Source: an uncultured Lachnospiraceae bacterium (GTDB lineage Bacteria > Bacillota > Clostridia > Lachnospirales > Lachnospiraceae). Taken from it: DNA of 49,335 nt. The DNA lies in NCBI GenBank assembly GCA_947631075.1, contig CANRJU010000001.1, positions 1 through 49,335 on the forward strand, written 5' to 3'. The notes under the pieces are model-generated. The model was not told the origin of the DNA. It saw nothing but the letters and a program-made list of their open reading frames with translations, and searched no databases. Shown here in pieces: positions 28,118 to 37,968 of this stretch; position 1 is the first letter of the stretch, and the number at the start of each line of letters is the position of its first letter. Position numbers and translations under genes: made by a program.

Positions 28118-28913
28118 AACGGACTCCTATGGCCTTCATAAAGTCTTTAATCTGATTCATCTGGTACTGGGTTGCATAGATTTTCATGGCAACGCCACCA
28201 TCCACATTCGCTGGCACCTGCTGATCCACGACGGGGGAGGGATTCTGTGTTCCAACGGCATCAGCCGCTTTTTCTACTGTTGTAAGTCCGGCTGCAGATG
28301 CGGCTTTCGTAAGCTCAACATTCTTTTCCTTTACTGCATCCATAGATAATGTCTCCACATAGACCTGCAGAAGACTTTCCTTAAAAGGTGATTTCATAGC
28401 TTTGATTTTTCTGATATCTTTATTGGCTTCGTCAATGGCAATCTGTATGCCTTCTTCGTACTTGGCGCGTCCGGTAGATGCATTTACCCACTTCTTGTCA
28501 AAGAGCTTTGGATAAAGCGGCTTAGCCATATCGCCAAGAACTCCTGCCTTGCGGTCATAATATTTTCTGACTTCTCGCTCCTTAGCTTCTTTCTGGCGAT
28601 TTTCATAATCTTTTACGCTATCGTCGATTGCCTTACGCTGATTTTCCACCATATCCGCCAATTCCTTGATTTGGGGCTCTATTTTCTCATAGGGAGCAAG
28701 GCAACGTGCCTTGTAAGCCTTTCTAGCGTCTTCTATAACCTTCTTTGCCTTATTCAGAGTAGTACGATCCTTCTTTGCGTCTTTGATCGAAGCATCCGTA
28801 TATGCGATAGACGCATAGGCTTTCAATTCTCTCTTTAGCGCCGTGCGAAGTCGAGAAAAATCCCACTTGCTTATATCTGTATTTTCCAGTTGAATAATCT
28901 GCAAATCGCTCAT
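28104..28913 (-). CDS. DUF1351-family coiled-coil protein
   Basis: YTDASIKDAKKDRTTLNKAKKVIEDARKAYK is typical of phage-type DUF1351; overlaps the helicase start by 14 bp. Confidence 0.75.
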   Translation of the reverse strand: MSDLQIIQLENTDISKWDFSRLRTALKRELKAYASIAYTDASIKDAKKDRTTLNKAKKVIEDARKAYKARCLAPYEKIEPQIKELADMVENQRKAIDDSVKDYENRQKEAKEREVRKYYDRKAGVLGDMAKPLYPKLFDKKWVNASTGRAKYEEGIQIAIDEANKDIRKIKAMKSPFKESLLQVYVETLSMDAVKEKNVELTKAASAAGLTTVEKAADAVGTQNPSPVVDQQVPANVDGGVAMKIYATQYQMNQIKDFMKAIGVRYEFI

Positions 28914-29006
28914 AACAATCTCCCTTACTGTATTATTTTTCAAATTTGTCTTTCCGCATCCAAATCAAATTTTTCCACCAAAACTATATACACCTATATA
29001 AATATA

Positions 29007-29035
29007 ATTTTATCATAATTTGCCGAATCCTGCAA
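29007..29035 (-). promoter_or_regulatory. SigA-type promoter of the DUF1351 operon
   Basis: TTGCAG-17 bp-TAAAAT with TGn. Confidence 0.55.
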
Positions 29036-29124
29036 GAAGATTGTAATTTTATGTTTTCCTGATTTTCTGTGTTACTATTGGAATTAAAAATAATGTTTAG
29101 TAAGAAATTAAATTACAACAATCA

Positions 29125-29153
29125 TTGAAAAATCATAAACCGAGTGGTATAAT
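29125..29153 (+). promoter_or_regulatory. SigA-type promoter of ligA
   Basis: TTGAAA-17 bp-TATAAT with TGn. Confidence 0.7.
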
Positions 29154-29190
29154 AGATACCAGAAATATATACAAGTGAAGGAGTTTCAAT

Positions 29191-31152
29191 ATGGAGGAAA
29201 AAATTACCCGCATGAAAGAACTGGTGACGATTCTGAATCAGGCCGCCAGAGTGTATTATCAGGGACAGGACGAGATAATGTCCAACTATGAATACGACAA
29301 ATTATACGACGAGCTGACGGAGCTTGAAAAGGACACAGGAGTTACGATGTCAACCAGTCCCACGCAGAACGTGGGATACGAGACAATCAGCGAGCTGCCG
29401 AAGGAGCCCCACATCGCCCCCATGCTCTCGCTGGACAAGACTAAAGAAGTGGAGACGCTGTCCGCCTGGATCGGCGAGCAGGAGGGACTGCTCTCCTACA
29501 AGCTGGATGGTCTCAGCGTGATACTCACTTATGAAAACGGGGTGTTAGTTAAGGCGCTCACTCGGGGCAACGGGGAGATCGGAGAGGTAATCACCAATAA
29601 TGCGAAAACCTTCGTCAATGTCCCGGGGCGTATCCGATTTGAGGGCAGCCTTGTAATCCGTGGAGAGGCGCTGATCCGATACTCGGATTTCGAGCAGCTC
29701 AACAGCCAGACGGCAGAAATTCAGGAAAAATATAAAAATCCGAGAAATCTGTGCAGCGGCAGCGTGCGCCAACTGAACAATGAAATCACTGCTAAGCGAC
29801 GGGTTCATTTTTATGTTTACAACGTCATACAGACCGACAGGCCGGAGACTTTTGACAAGAAAGAAAAAGAGCTGAACTGGCTCTCCTCGCTGGGCTTTGA
29901 CGTGGTCCCCTTTAAAAAGGTGACGCGGGAGACGCTTGGCCGGACGGTGGAGGATTTTTCCCGGGAGACAGCGGAGAGTGACCTTCCCAGCGACGGGCTG
30001 GTGCTGACTTTCGACGACATAGCATACAGCGCCGGACTGGGCCGCACCGCCAAATTTCCCAAAGACTCCATTGCCTTTAAGTGGCAGGATGAACTTGCGG
30101 ACACCACACTGCGGGAAATTGAGTGGAGCGCTTCCCGCACCGGCCTGATCAATCCGGTGGCCATTTTCGATCCCGTGGAATTGGAGGGAACCACGGTGAG
30201 CAGAGCCAGCGTGCACAACGTCAGTATTCTCCGGGAGCTGAAGCTGGGCATCGGGGACACGATTTCCGTTTACAAGGCCAACATGATCATTCCCCAGATC
30301 TACGAAAATAAGACAGGGAAAAACAATTGCGTCATCCCTGAAAAATGTCCGGTCTGCGGCGGCGAGACTGCTCTGGTGCAGGAGAACGGCTCCGTGGTGC
30401 TGACCTGTCCCAACCCGGACTGCTACGCAAAAAAAATTAAAAATTTCACTCATTTTGTAAAACGGAACACCATGAATATAGATGGGCTGTCCGAGGCGAC
30501 GCTGGAGAAATTTGTGAACTTGAACCTCCTGCACGATGTGACGGACATCTACCGTCTGTCCGAGCATCGGGACGAGCTGATTGGTCTGGAGGGTTTTGGC
30601 GAAAAATCTTATGAAAACCTCATGAACGCCATCGAAACTTCCAAAAAGGCACCTCTGGCCAACGTGCTGTACAGCCTGGGAATCAAGGGAATCGGCCTCA
30701 ATACCGCCCGGCTCATCGTCCGCGAGTACCCTTGGAAACTAACGGATTTTCAAAATCTGACGGCGGAACAGCTAGTGGCCATAGACGGAATCGGACAAGT
30801 GCTGGCGGATTCCTTCGTGGATTTTTTTGCCCAGGAAAAAAACAGGGACATGGTACGCGTTCTCTCCGGATTTCTGAATATCCAGTACCCCGAAAAGAGG
30901 AATTCCGATGAGGAGCCGCTGACCGGAAAGACCTTTGTTATCACGGGGAGCTTGAGTCAATTTGCCAATCGGAACGAGTGCAAAGCGAAAATTGAAGAAC
31001 AAGGAGGAAAGGTGGTAGACAGCGTCAGCTCCCGGACAGACTACCTAATCAACAACAATGTCTCTTCTTCTTCCTCCAAAAACAAAAAGGCAAAGGAACT
31101 GGGCATCCCCATCATCACGGAGGAGCAGCTTTTGCAGATGCTTCCTCTTTGA
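29191..31152 (+). CDS. ligA: NAD-dependent DNA ligase
   Basis: MLSLDK, KLDG adenylation motif, TRGNGEIGE, CPVC..C..C zinc finger, HhH repeats and BRCT domain. Confidence 0.97.
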   Translation: MEEKITRMKELVTILNQAARVYYQGQDEIMSNYEYDKLYDELTELEKDTGVTMSTSPTQNVGYETISELPKEPHIAPMLSLDKTKEVETLSAWIGEQEGLLSYKLDGLSVILTYENGVLVKALTRGNGEIGEVITNNAKTFVNVPGRIRFEGSLVIRGEALIRYSDFEQLNSQTAEIQEKYKNPRNLCSGSVRQLNNEITAKRRVHFYVYNVIQTDRPETFDKKEKELNWLSSLGFDVVPFKKVTRETLGRTVEDFSRETAESDLPSDGLVLTFDDIAYSAGLGRTAKFPKDSIAFKWQDELADTTLREIEWSASRTGLINPVAIFDPVELEGTTVSRASVHNVSILRELKLGIGDTISVYKANMIIPQIYENKTGKNNCVIPEKCPVCGGETALVQENGSVVLTCPNPDCYAKKIKNFTHFVKRNTMNIDGLSEATLEKFVNLNLLHDVTDIYRLSEHRDELIGLEGFGEKSYENLMNAIETSKKAPLANVLYSLGIKGIGLNTARLIVREYPWKLTDFQNLTAEQLVAIDGIGQVLADSFVDFFAQEKNRDMVRVLSGFLNIQYPEKRNSDEEPLTGKTFVITGSLSQFANRNECKAKIEEQGGKVVDSVSSRTDYLINNNVSSSSSKNKKAKELGIPIITEEQLLQMLPL

Positions 31153-31164
31153 AGGAAGCATCTG
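31135..31164. terminator. Hairpin over the ligA stop, probable terminator between convergent ligA and cas2
   Basis: CAGATGCTTCCT-ctttga-AGGAAGCATCTG 12-bp stem; weak U tract. Confidence 0.5.
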
Positions 31165-31196
31165 TATCTTATAGCCTCAGCATCCCCTCATTCGTT

Positions 31197-31514
31197 TTAT
31201 ATAATAATAACTTCATTTTCTTCTGTCACATCCTGCATACCATAACAGGTAACTTGTCCTTTTCCTATAATCCGGTAAACCCGAATACTGTCCTCATCTG
31301 TGGCAAATTTCCCAATCTCTTTTTGTAACTGATTATATAATTTGATAGTAAGCATCGCCTCAAATGCCGACTTTTGAATACGAAATCCATATCCCTGTAA
31401 AAATTTTGCCAATCTATTTCTTTTTCTATCATCTACAATGTCATAAATAATCAGCACATAAACCTTGCTTTCCCTTACTTCATCCGTATAAGTATCGAAA
31501 AAATAATCTTCCAA
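31197..31514 (-). CDS. cas2: CRISPR-associated Cas2
   Basis: LIIYDIVDDRKR, RIQKSAFE, DSIRVY; TTG start after AAGGAAGG (alternative start 31541). Confidence 0.93.
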   Translation of the reverse strand: MEDYFFDTYTDEVRESKVYVLIIYDIVDDRKRNRLAKFLQGYGFRIQKSAFEAMLTIKLYNQLQKEIGKFATDEDSIRVYRIIGKGQVTCYGMQDVTEENEVIII

Positions 31515-31528
31515 ATAATTTCCTTCCT

Positions 31529-32530
31529 TTAACGTATCCATACCGGCTCATACAAGTCGAAATTATCTTCTTCTATTGCTTTTGCAAAAGAATTTACCTG
31601 CAGCTCCATTGCCCTTCGAAACGAAACGGGATATTCTACATATTTTAAATAATGATGTTCCCGCCGCATCCGATCTTCAACCTTTTTCAAAAATATTTTC
31701 ATTCCCTCTTTTGTCAAAAATATCCCGGGTTCTTCCATCTCCTGCATAAAATGTTCTATGAAAATCTCATGACCGTTCACCAGACTCATAACCAAGGAAT
31801 CAATAATGACTGCTCGCCACTCCTCCATTAAATCACTTGCAAGAGTCGGATGTTTTTCCTTATCCTGATGAAAAAAGCCAAAATAAGGATTCAGTCCCTT
31901 ATTCTCTATCTTCCCATAAATCTCATTCATTAAAAGCGAATACCCCAGGCTCAACATAGAATTAAACGCATCCCTGGGCGGGCGTCTGCTTCTTCCCTGA
32001 AAGGAAAACTCCGGCTCAACCAACTTCCCTAACATTTTAAAATAAACTCGCGCCGCACTTCCCTCATATCCCATAATCTGACTTACGGAATCACATTGCG
32101 GGAGTTTCTTCATCAGAATATTCATATGCGTGTAAGCATCCGACACATCTAAATTCCTGCTTTTTCCATACCTTTTCAAAATGACAGACTGGTTGTGGAT
32201 TTTACTTCTAATGATTTTCTTTGCCAGTTCCAACGCGAACTCTGTATCCGGCAGTCCCGCCTGCAATCTCTGCCGTTTCACATGAATATGCCCCGTTGAC
32301 TGCAATCTTCCAAAATAACTTCCATGTTTGGAATAGTAGGAAATCGGAATCCCCCTTTTTAAACATTCCTGAATACACTGCGTTGTAATCTGGCTTCTGC
32401 CAAAAATGCTGATGCTCTCTAGTGTTTCCACCGGGATTTTTTTTACCATTCCGTCCCCGTACTTCGCAGTAATGTAGTTTTCTCGTATTCCTATCTGGGC
32501 GCCATCCTCGACCATATACAAATATCCCAT
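31529..32530 (-). CDS. cas1: CRISPR-associated Cas1
   Basis: GYEGSAARVYF, RRPPRDAFNSMLSLGY, GFFH, LASDLMEEWR; ATG after GAGGAGG. Confidence 0.96.
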   Translation of the reverse strand: MGYLYMVEDGAQIGIRENYITAKYGDGMVKKIPVETLESISIFGRSQITTQCIQECLKRGIPISYYSKHGSYFGRLQSTGHIHVKRQRLQAGLPDTEFALELAKKIIRSKIHNQSVILKRYGKSRNLDVSDAYTHMNILMKKLPQCDSVSQIMGYEGSAARVYFKMLGKLVEPEFSFQGRSRRPPRDAFNSMLSLGYSLLMNEIYGKIENKGLNPYFGFFHQDKEKHPTLASDLMEEWRAVIIDSLVMSLVNGHEIFIEHFMQEMEEPGIFLTKEGMKIFLKKVEDRMRREHHYLKYVEYPVSFRRAMELQVNSFAKAIEEDNFDLYEPVWIR

Positions 32531-32555
32531 CCCAGCCTCCTCATTGCAAGCTTGG

Positions 32556-32641
32556 TAAATAACATTTTCCTTTAGTTTCAGGTCAGTTTTAGACCTTTCT
32601 TTTACTGATAGAATACATTTTTTCCAGCATATTGTCAATAC
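32556..32641 (-). promoter_or_regulatory. cas1-cas2 promoter abutting the terminal repeat
   Basis: TTGACA-17 bp-TATTCT on the minus strand; duplicated upstream of csm6. Confidence 0.7.
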
Positions 32642-35027
32642 GATTTCCCGTCCCCTCTCGGGGGCTAATCTCTAAATCAAAAATGAAAAAAATAAAAATC
32701 ACCCACAACGCCAATCGCTTCCGTCCCCTCTCGGGGTTTCTATTTTCTAATCACCGATAGCAAAGAGACATATACAAAAGCGGAAATGTTTCCGTCCCCT
32801 CTCGGGGTTTCTATTCTTCTGATGGCGGACATAGTGCGTGCGCTAGAAACTGTTATGGAAAAGGTTTCCGTCCCCTCTCGGGGTTTCTGTTTTCTAATCC
32901 TGAAAAGATGGGGCGTAACAGATGAGGCGCAGGTTTCCGTCTCCTATCGGGGTTTCTATTCTTCTAATAACAAGCGTGGTATTTCCATTTTGAGCCGTAT
33001 CGTTTCCGTCCCCTCTCGGGGTTTCTATTTTCTAATCCAAGGATGGCATTTTGAAGATTATCATGGATTCAATGTTTCCGTCCCCTCTCGGGGTTTCTAT
33101 TTTCTAATCCAGATTTCCAACTTTCAATAGTGCTATGAAACATGTTTCCGTCCCCTCTCGGGGTTTCTATTTTCTAATCGAAAAGGGGGAATTTTTATGG
33201 TATTAATATTAAAGTTTCCGTCCCCTCTCGGGGTTTCTATTTTCTAATCGTGTATGACAATTTAGGACAACCGATTGCAGATGAAAGTTTCCGTCCCCTC
33301 TCGGGGTTTCTATTTTCTAATCACTTATATCTGGTCTTTCGAAAATGGCGGCTACTGTTTGTTTCCGTCCCCTCTCGGGGTTTCTATTTTCTAATCAAAG
33401 AGAAATTCCATTTTATTTTTTCACATATCAGTTTCCGTCCCCTCTCGGGGTTTCTATTTTCTAATCACGATATCGTTATCCCGTATAAATAAGCGTATAT
33501 ATGTTTCCGTCCCCTCTCGGGGTTTCTATTTTCTAATCAATTGAAAAAAAAAATATGAACCTAAGATATAAAGAAAAGTTTCCGTCCCCTCTCGGGGTTT
33601 CTATTTTCTAATCAAGAAAAGGGGGATTATTTATGTTATTACATGTATGTTTCCGTCCCCTCTCGGGGTTTCTATTTTCTAATCTGTAATAAATACTTAT
33701 TACATAAGTAAGCCGGATACCGGTTTCCGTCCCCTCTCGGGGTTTCTATTTTCTAATCGTGGTAAAGTTAGAAGATACAGCGTTCTTCAGATTATGGTTT
33801 CCGTCCCCTCTCGGGGTTTCTATTTTCTAATCTGAAAGAAACTGTTATCATTAAAGAGGATGTTGTTTCCGTCCCCTCTCGGGGTTTCTATTTTCTAATC
33901 GCGGTATTCGGTAACACTATAAAGGATGTTACTGATGTAGTTTCCGTCCCCTCTCGGGGTTTCTATTTTCTAATCTTTGATAAAAGTTATTTATTTGGGC
34001 AACCAAATAGGTTTCCGTCCCCTCTCGGGGTTTCTATTTTCTAATCTTTAGCCCCTCTTATTGGGAACTGGAAGAACATCGGGTTTCCGTCCCCTCTCGG
34101 GGTTTCTATTTTCTAATCGAGATGTTTATTATGGAAAGAGAATTTTCAAGTTTCCGTCCCCTCTCGGGGTTTCTATTTTCTAATCTATTATTCATCCAGG
34201 AAATGGATAACATGGACAGTTTCCGTCCCCTCTCGGGGTTTCTATTTTCTAATCCTATGACGATACCAATATTACGCTGGAAGATAAGTTTCCGTCCCCT
34301 CTCGGGGTTTCTATTTTCTAATCTCAAGTGCTTCGATTTCTACATAGCACGTTTTGGTTTCCGTCCCCTCTCGGGGTTTCTATTTTCTAATCAGGACTAC
34401 AACGTCTATTGCTTAATCAGTACAGACGGGTTTCCGTCCCCTCTCGGGGTTTCTATTTTCTAATCTTGATTCATAGCGTCTGACGGTTTTAAAAAATTGT
34501 TTCCGTCCCCTCTCGGGGTTTCTATTTTCTAATCAAAATGGGTTATTCTGTTTATATCATGATGGAATATCGTTTCCGTCCCCTCTCGGGGTTTCTATTT
34601 TCTAATCGAAAGTTCATAGTTGAACCTATACAGGATACAAAAGTTTCCGTCCCCTCTCGGGGTTTCTATTTTCTAATCATTAGATTTACTTGAACACATG
34701 GAGAAAAGGGGACGTGTTTCCGTCCCCTCTCGGGGTTTCTATTTTCTAATCCAATGGTACACAATAACACTGAAAACTAAATGTTTCCGTCCCCTCTCGG
34801 GGTTTCTATTTTCTAATCTAAGGGATGATTTACCATCGATATTAGGAGATAAGTTTCCGTCCCCTCTCGGGGTTTCTATTTTCTAATCCTATATGCCGAT
34901 TATTGACCACTTGTCATTATCGTTTCCGTCCCCTCTCGGGGTTTCTATTTTCTAATCCACAATGCATAAAGATATAAATAGCATAGAATCCGTTTCCGTC
35001 CCCTCTCGGGGTTTCTATTTTCTAATC
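32642..35027 (-). CRISPR. Type III-A CRISPR array: 34 repeats (one strongly degenerate terminal) and 33 spacers of ~31-39 nt
   Basis: 36-bp repeat GTTTCCGTCCCCTCTCGGGGTTTCTATTTTCTAATC. Its reverse complement ends in ACGGAAAC (type III 8-nt tag) with a CCCC-GAGA-GGGG hairpin. Variant repeats cluster at the low-coordinate end, so transcription is on the minus strand. Confidence 0.99.
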
Positions 35028-35162
35028 CCTATCTCTGCCAGCCCTTATAACAACTGGTCTCAAAACACATTTTGCGTCGCAAAAAACAATTTGAATCTTC
35101 TTTCATTCGACAGCGCCCCTCTATCTGCCCGAACCTGCGATTTTCCGCGCTGCGCGGCAAAT
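35028..35162 (-). promoter_or_regulatory. CRISPR leader
   Basis: Non-coding stretch between the csm5 stop and the first perfect repeat; contains two palindromes. Confidence 0.8.
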
Positions 35163-36323
35163 CTAATGTTCTTCTGCTATGGACAGCACGCACTCGCCCA
35201 TCTGATACCACTGCCCCCGATATCGGGTGCCTTTCAATATATGCGGCGACACGCCAAGTTTTTTATCCTCATCGTGTTTATGTTCAAAGTAAATCTCCTT
35301 TCCCTTTTTGTTTGGCAACGTATTGCGAAACACATTCTGCGCCGTCTCCAGTCCTCGGTCGTGTCCCAAAAGCGGATACAGCGCTGTCTTTGTAAAAAAT
35401 CCGGTTCCTCCCCCCAGCCACACAGTGTTCTTCTCCGGCCTTTTCCCATGTTCAAAATGAGAAAGATACATCGAATAATATGCCTCTCCAAACAAATTAA
35501 CTGCTTCCAACAGCTGCTCTATCGTATATGGACACAATTTTTCATCTATTGTTATCCGAAATTTAATATCGCGCGCCGGTTTGACAGATTCTCTGAGAAT
35601 GTTGAGCGTTCTCTGCCTTCCCTGCGTATTCTCATCCAGCTTCTGGCACAGGGTTAAATCCTCCAGCGCAAAAGGCTCGCTATCGCTGACAATCAGGCCA
35701 GAAAGGCAGTCATTTACAGCGTTTCTTCTATCTATGCTTTTCCCTTTCCTGTCTTTCCTATCTAATGTGTGAAAAACCTGCTCCTCCAGAGCCATATTCT
35801 CTTTCCGCAGATAATTCTTCCTGCTATCATTCCTCTGCGCAGTACGATAGACCTGATTCTGCAGGGACTCTCCCGCTTTTCCTTTTTTCAGCAATTCATA
35901 GGCGAGAAGAATCGTCCGAAACATTCCCTTCAGCGCCGTGCCGGGAACATAGGGCAGACCGTAGGCGTCCTTTTGAAATTCGCATATCTGGATTGCCCCT
36001 CTCTCCTGCAGAAAATCACCGCAGTCCAATTCATAGCGAACCCACATCCGGTACACCTTTTCTTCTATTCTGTTTTCTTCAAGCCATCGTTTCAGATCTA
36101 TTCTCATTACATCCCGCTGGTCAGACATGATATACCGCTCAAACGGTTTCCCCAGCCCCTTTTTCTGCAGTTCAGAATACATATGCCCCAAGTCAGGAAT
36201 CAATACCTTCTTTTTATTTCTCAAAAGAATATATTCTTTTTTGTTTAAATCTTTCCCGGAACCGACAAATACAGGTCCCTTTGTATGTATTACCATATCA
36301 TAGCTTTTCAGATAATTGTCCAT
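35163..36323 (-). CDS. csm5: Type III-A RAMP Csm5
   Basis: GPVFVGSG, PYVPGTALKG, VSDSEP, WLGGGTGF, YQMGEC; start after GGAGG. Confidence 0.93.
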   Translation of the reverse strand: MDNYLKSYDMVIHTKGPVFVGSGKDLNKKEYILLRNKKKVLIPDLGHMYSELQKKGLGKPFERYIMSDQRDVMRIDLKRWLEENRIEEKVYRMWVRYELDCGDFLQERGAIQICEFQKDAYGLPYVPGTALKGMFRTILLAYELLKKGKAGESLQNQVYRTAQRNDSRKNYLRKENMALEEQVFHTLDRKDRKGKSIDRRNAVNDCLSGLIVSDSEPFALEDLTLCQKLDENTQGRQRTLNILRESVKPARDIKFRITIDEKLCPYTIEQLLEAVNLFGEAYYSMYLSHFEHGKRPEKNTVWLGGGTGFFTKTALYPLLGHDRGLETAQNVFRNTLPNKKGKEIYFEHKHDEDKKLGVSPHILKGTRYRGQWYQMGECVLSIAEEH

Positions 36324-36342
36324 GAGCCTCTGCACCTCCCTT

Positions 36343-37260
36343 TCACAGAGCATAAAAAATCGGTTTTGCGTAGCGGTACACCGGATGGCTGCCTCCGTCT
36401 GAAACATCGTAGACGTCTCCGGAAAAACGCTTTGTAAAACAGGAGCCGGAGCTAAATAAATACATATCCTTTTTCTTCCTCTGTTCCTGTGCGTAACTGT
36501 CCGATGCTATAAACCCGCTTCTCTTTCGAAGCTGGTATTTCGCGTCTATCAGCAGCTCCGGCCACTCTTCATCCATAGGCAGAGCGCTGGTCAGAGACAT
36601 ATAATACCCGCCTTCTTTTTCAAAATACGAGCCATCCAGTTCTTTATTGCTCTCTATTTCAAAACGCCCATACCCAGCAGAACGTTTTCCCCCTATTCCG
36701 GAAAATGACAGCGCGTCTATCAGATCATACATCCAATCTTCATCCTCTGCGCTATTGGTCCCCACAATCACAGACAGGCCGCAGGATGAATTAAAATAAT
36801 ACACACCCACATGGTAAGGGACTGTCTCGCTTTCTCCCGCAATGGAAGCCGATGTCTTCAGCACGCTCCTTCCCAGTTCTTTCAAAGTATCATTTTCAGC
36901 CTTAGCGTCCAAATTTCCCTTAAGATACACATCCATTTTTTTCATAGGAATAAACTGCAGGGACTTAAACGCTTTCTTTACGGTAGAATCCCCTGAATCG
37001 TCCGAGGATTCTACAGGAAGCATCGGCTTGGGGAGATAGTTTTCTTCACCGACAAAGGGAAACGCATCCGAAAACAGGATATCCCCCTTCTTTGCTTTCT
37101 CCAGCAACTTTGCCGCCTGATCCGCTCCCCGCTTTAACGCCTCCATAAACAGCGCCGAAAAGAAAGTATCCGCCGAAAAAGTATTTCTGCTGTCATACAG
37201 AGAATTTCCTCCCAAATGCACGCCGACCGGAAACGTGAAACGATACATAGTATATTTCAT
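36343..37260 (-). CDS. csm4: Type III-A RAMP Csm4
   Basis: ADTFFSAL, FSDAFP, LPKP, GIGGKRSAGYG, HPVYRYAKP. Confidence 0.95.
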   Translation of the reverse strand: MKYTMYRFTFPVGVHLGGNSLYDSRNTFSADTFFSALFMEALKRGADQAAKLLEKAKKGDILFSDAFPFVGEENYLPKPMLPVESSDDSGDSTVKKAFKSLQFIPMKKMDVYLKGNLDAKAENDTLKELGRSVLKTSASIAGESETVPYHVGVYYFNSSCGLSVIVGTNSAEDEDWMYDLIDALSFSGIGGKRSAGYGRFEIESNKELDGSYFEKEGGYYMSLTSALPMDEEWPELLIDAKYQLRKRSGFIASDSYAQEQRKKKDMYLFSSGSCFTKRFSGDVYDVSDGGSHPVYRYAKPIFYAL

Positions 37261-37278
37261 ATAGGTTTCCTCCCGCCA

Positions 37279-37947
37279 TCACTGAAATTCTTCAAATATC
37301 TGATTGCACTGTCCCACAATTTCCAAATCTACATCTCCGATTACGGCATCTGCCTGCAATTCCCTGAATTTTACCTTTCCGTAGCCTCTGGAGCCGCTCC
37401 CGCCAATGTAATCGTATTCCAGCAGCTTCATTCCCTCCGCGAGCACGCGCATATCCTCTAAGATATTTTCCTGCTCCGTCACCTCGTAAATAATGTCTAA
37501 TGGAAATTTTGAGCCGCGGATCACGCGCTCTATCTGTCTTGGGTTTGCCACAGCAGTCAGACGGTTAATGCTGTTTTCAAATTTCACTTCTGTCAGACTC
37601 CGCACTCCTCCCTGATACAGCTCGTCACGATTGCATAAAATCATATCGGAAAACAAAAGCCTCCCCCTCGGTATGATGCCTTTTTCCCCTTTGGATGCGC
37701 CGAACAGGCGAATAATGCACTCGGCGTCTTCATTTGGTTCCACAAAACAATCCCCATTGTACTTTTTGGCAAGCAGCGTGCGCATCTTTCCTTTCAGCGA
37801 GCTGCCCGGAATAATCGGAAGACCGGTCCTCGCATCTTTAATCACCGGAGAGTCAACGGCGCCGATTGCCGCGAAAGCCGACGATCCCCCGATGTGCGTC
37901 CCTGTAACAAGTTCTATCGTTCCTGTAATTTGAATTTTTCCATACAT
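37279..37947 (-). CDS. csm3: Type III-A RAMP Csm3
   Basis: HIGGS..IGAVDSPV (catalytic Asp present), IPGSSLKGK, ANPRQIERV, GGSGSRGYG. Confidence 0.96.
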   Translation of the reverse strand: MYGKIQITGTIELVTGTHIGGSSAFAAIGAVDSPVIKDARTGLPIIPGSSLKGKMRTLLAKKYNGDCFVEPNEDAECIIRLFGASKGEKGIIPRGRLLFSDMILCNRDELYQGGVRSLTEVKFENSINRLTAVANPRQIERVIRGSKFPLDIIYEVTEQENILEDMRVLAEGMKLLEYDYIGGSGSRGYGKVKFRELQADAVIGDVDLEIVGQCNQIFEEFQ

Positions 37948-37968
37948 AACCTTAGTATCTCCTTCCTG

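Larger units (their letters stand above)
5206..28943. other. Mosaic defence island
   Basis: Concentration of defence-type genes with patchy lower GC between csp and ligA; no integrase or transposase seen. Confidence 0.7.

Noticed and set aside
28104-28913. Prophage around DUF1351
   Set aside because: No integrase, annealase, structural or lysis genes in the window.
32900-32932. Self-targeting by the spacer sharing ggcgtaacaga with spoVAA (~44168)
   Set aside because: Only an 11-nt match, expected by chance; I saw no full self-match by eye, but this was not exhaustive.
32786-35211. ORFs called within the CRISPR array and leader
   Set aside because: They are translations of repeats and spacers (recurring VSVPSRGFYFLI / FRPLSGFLFSN).
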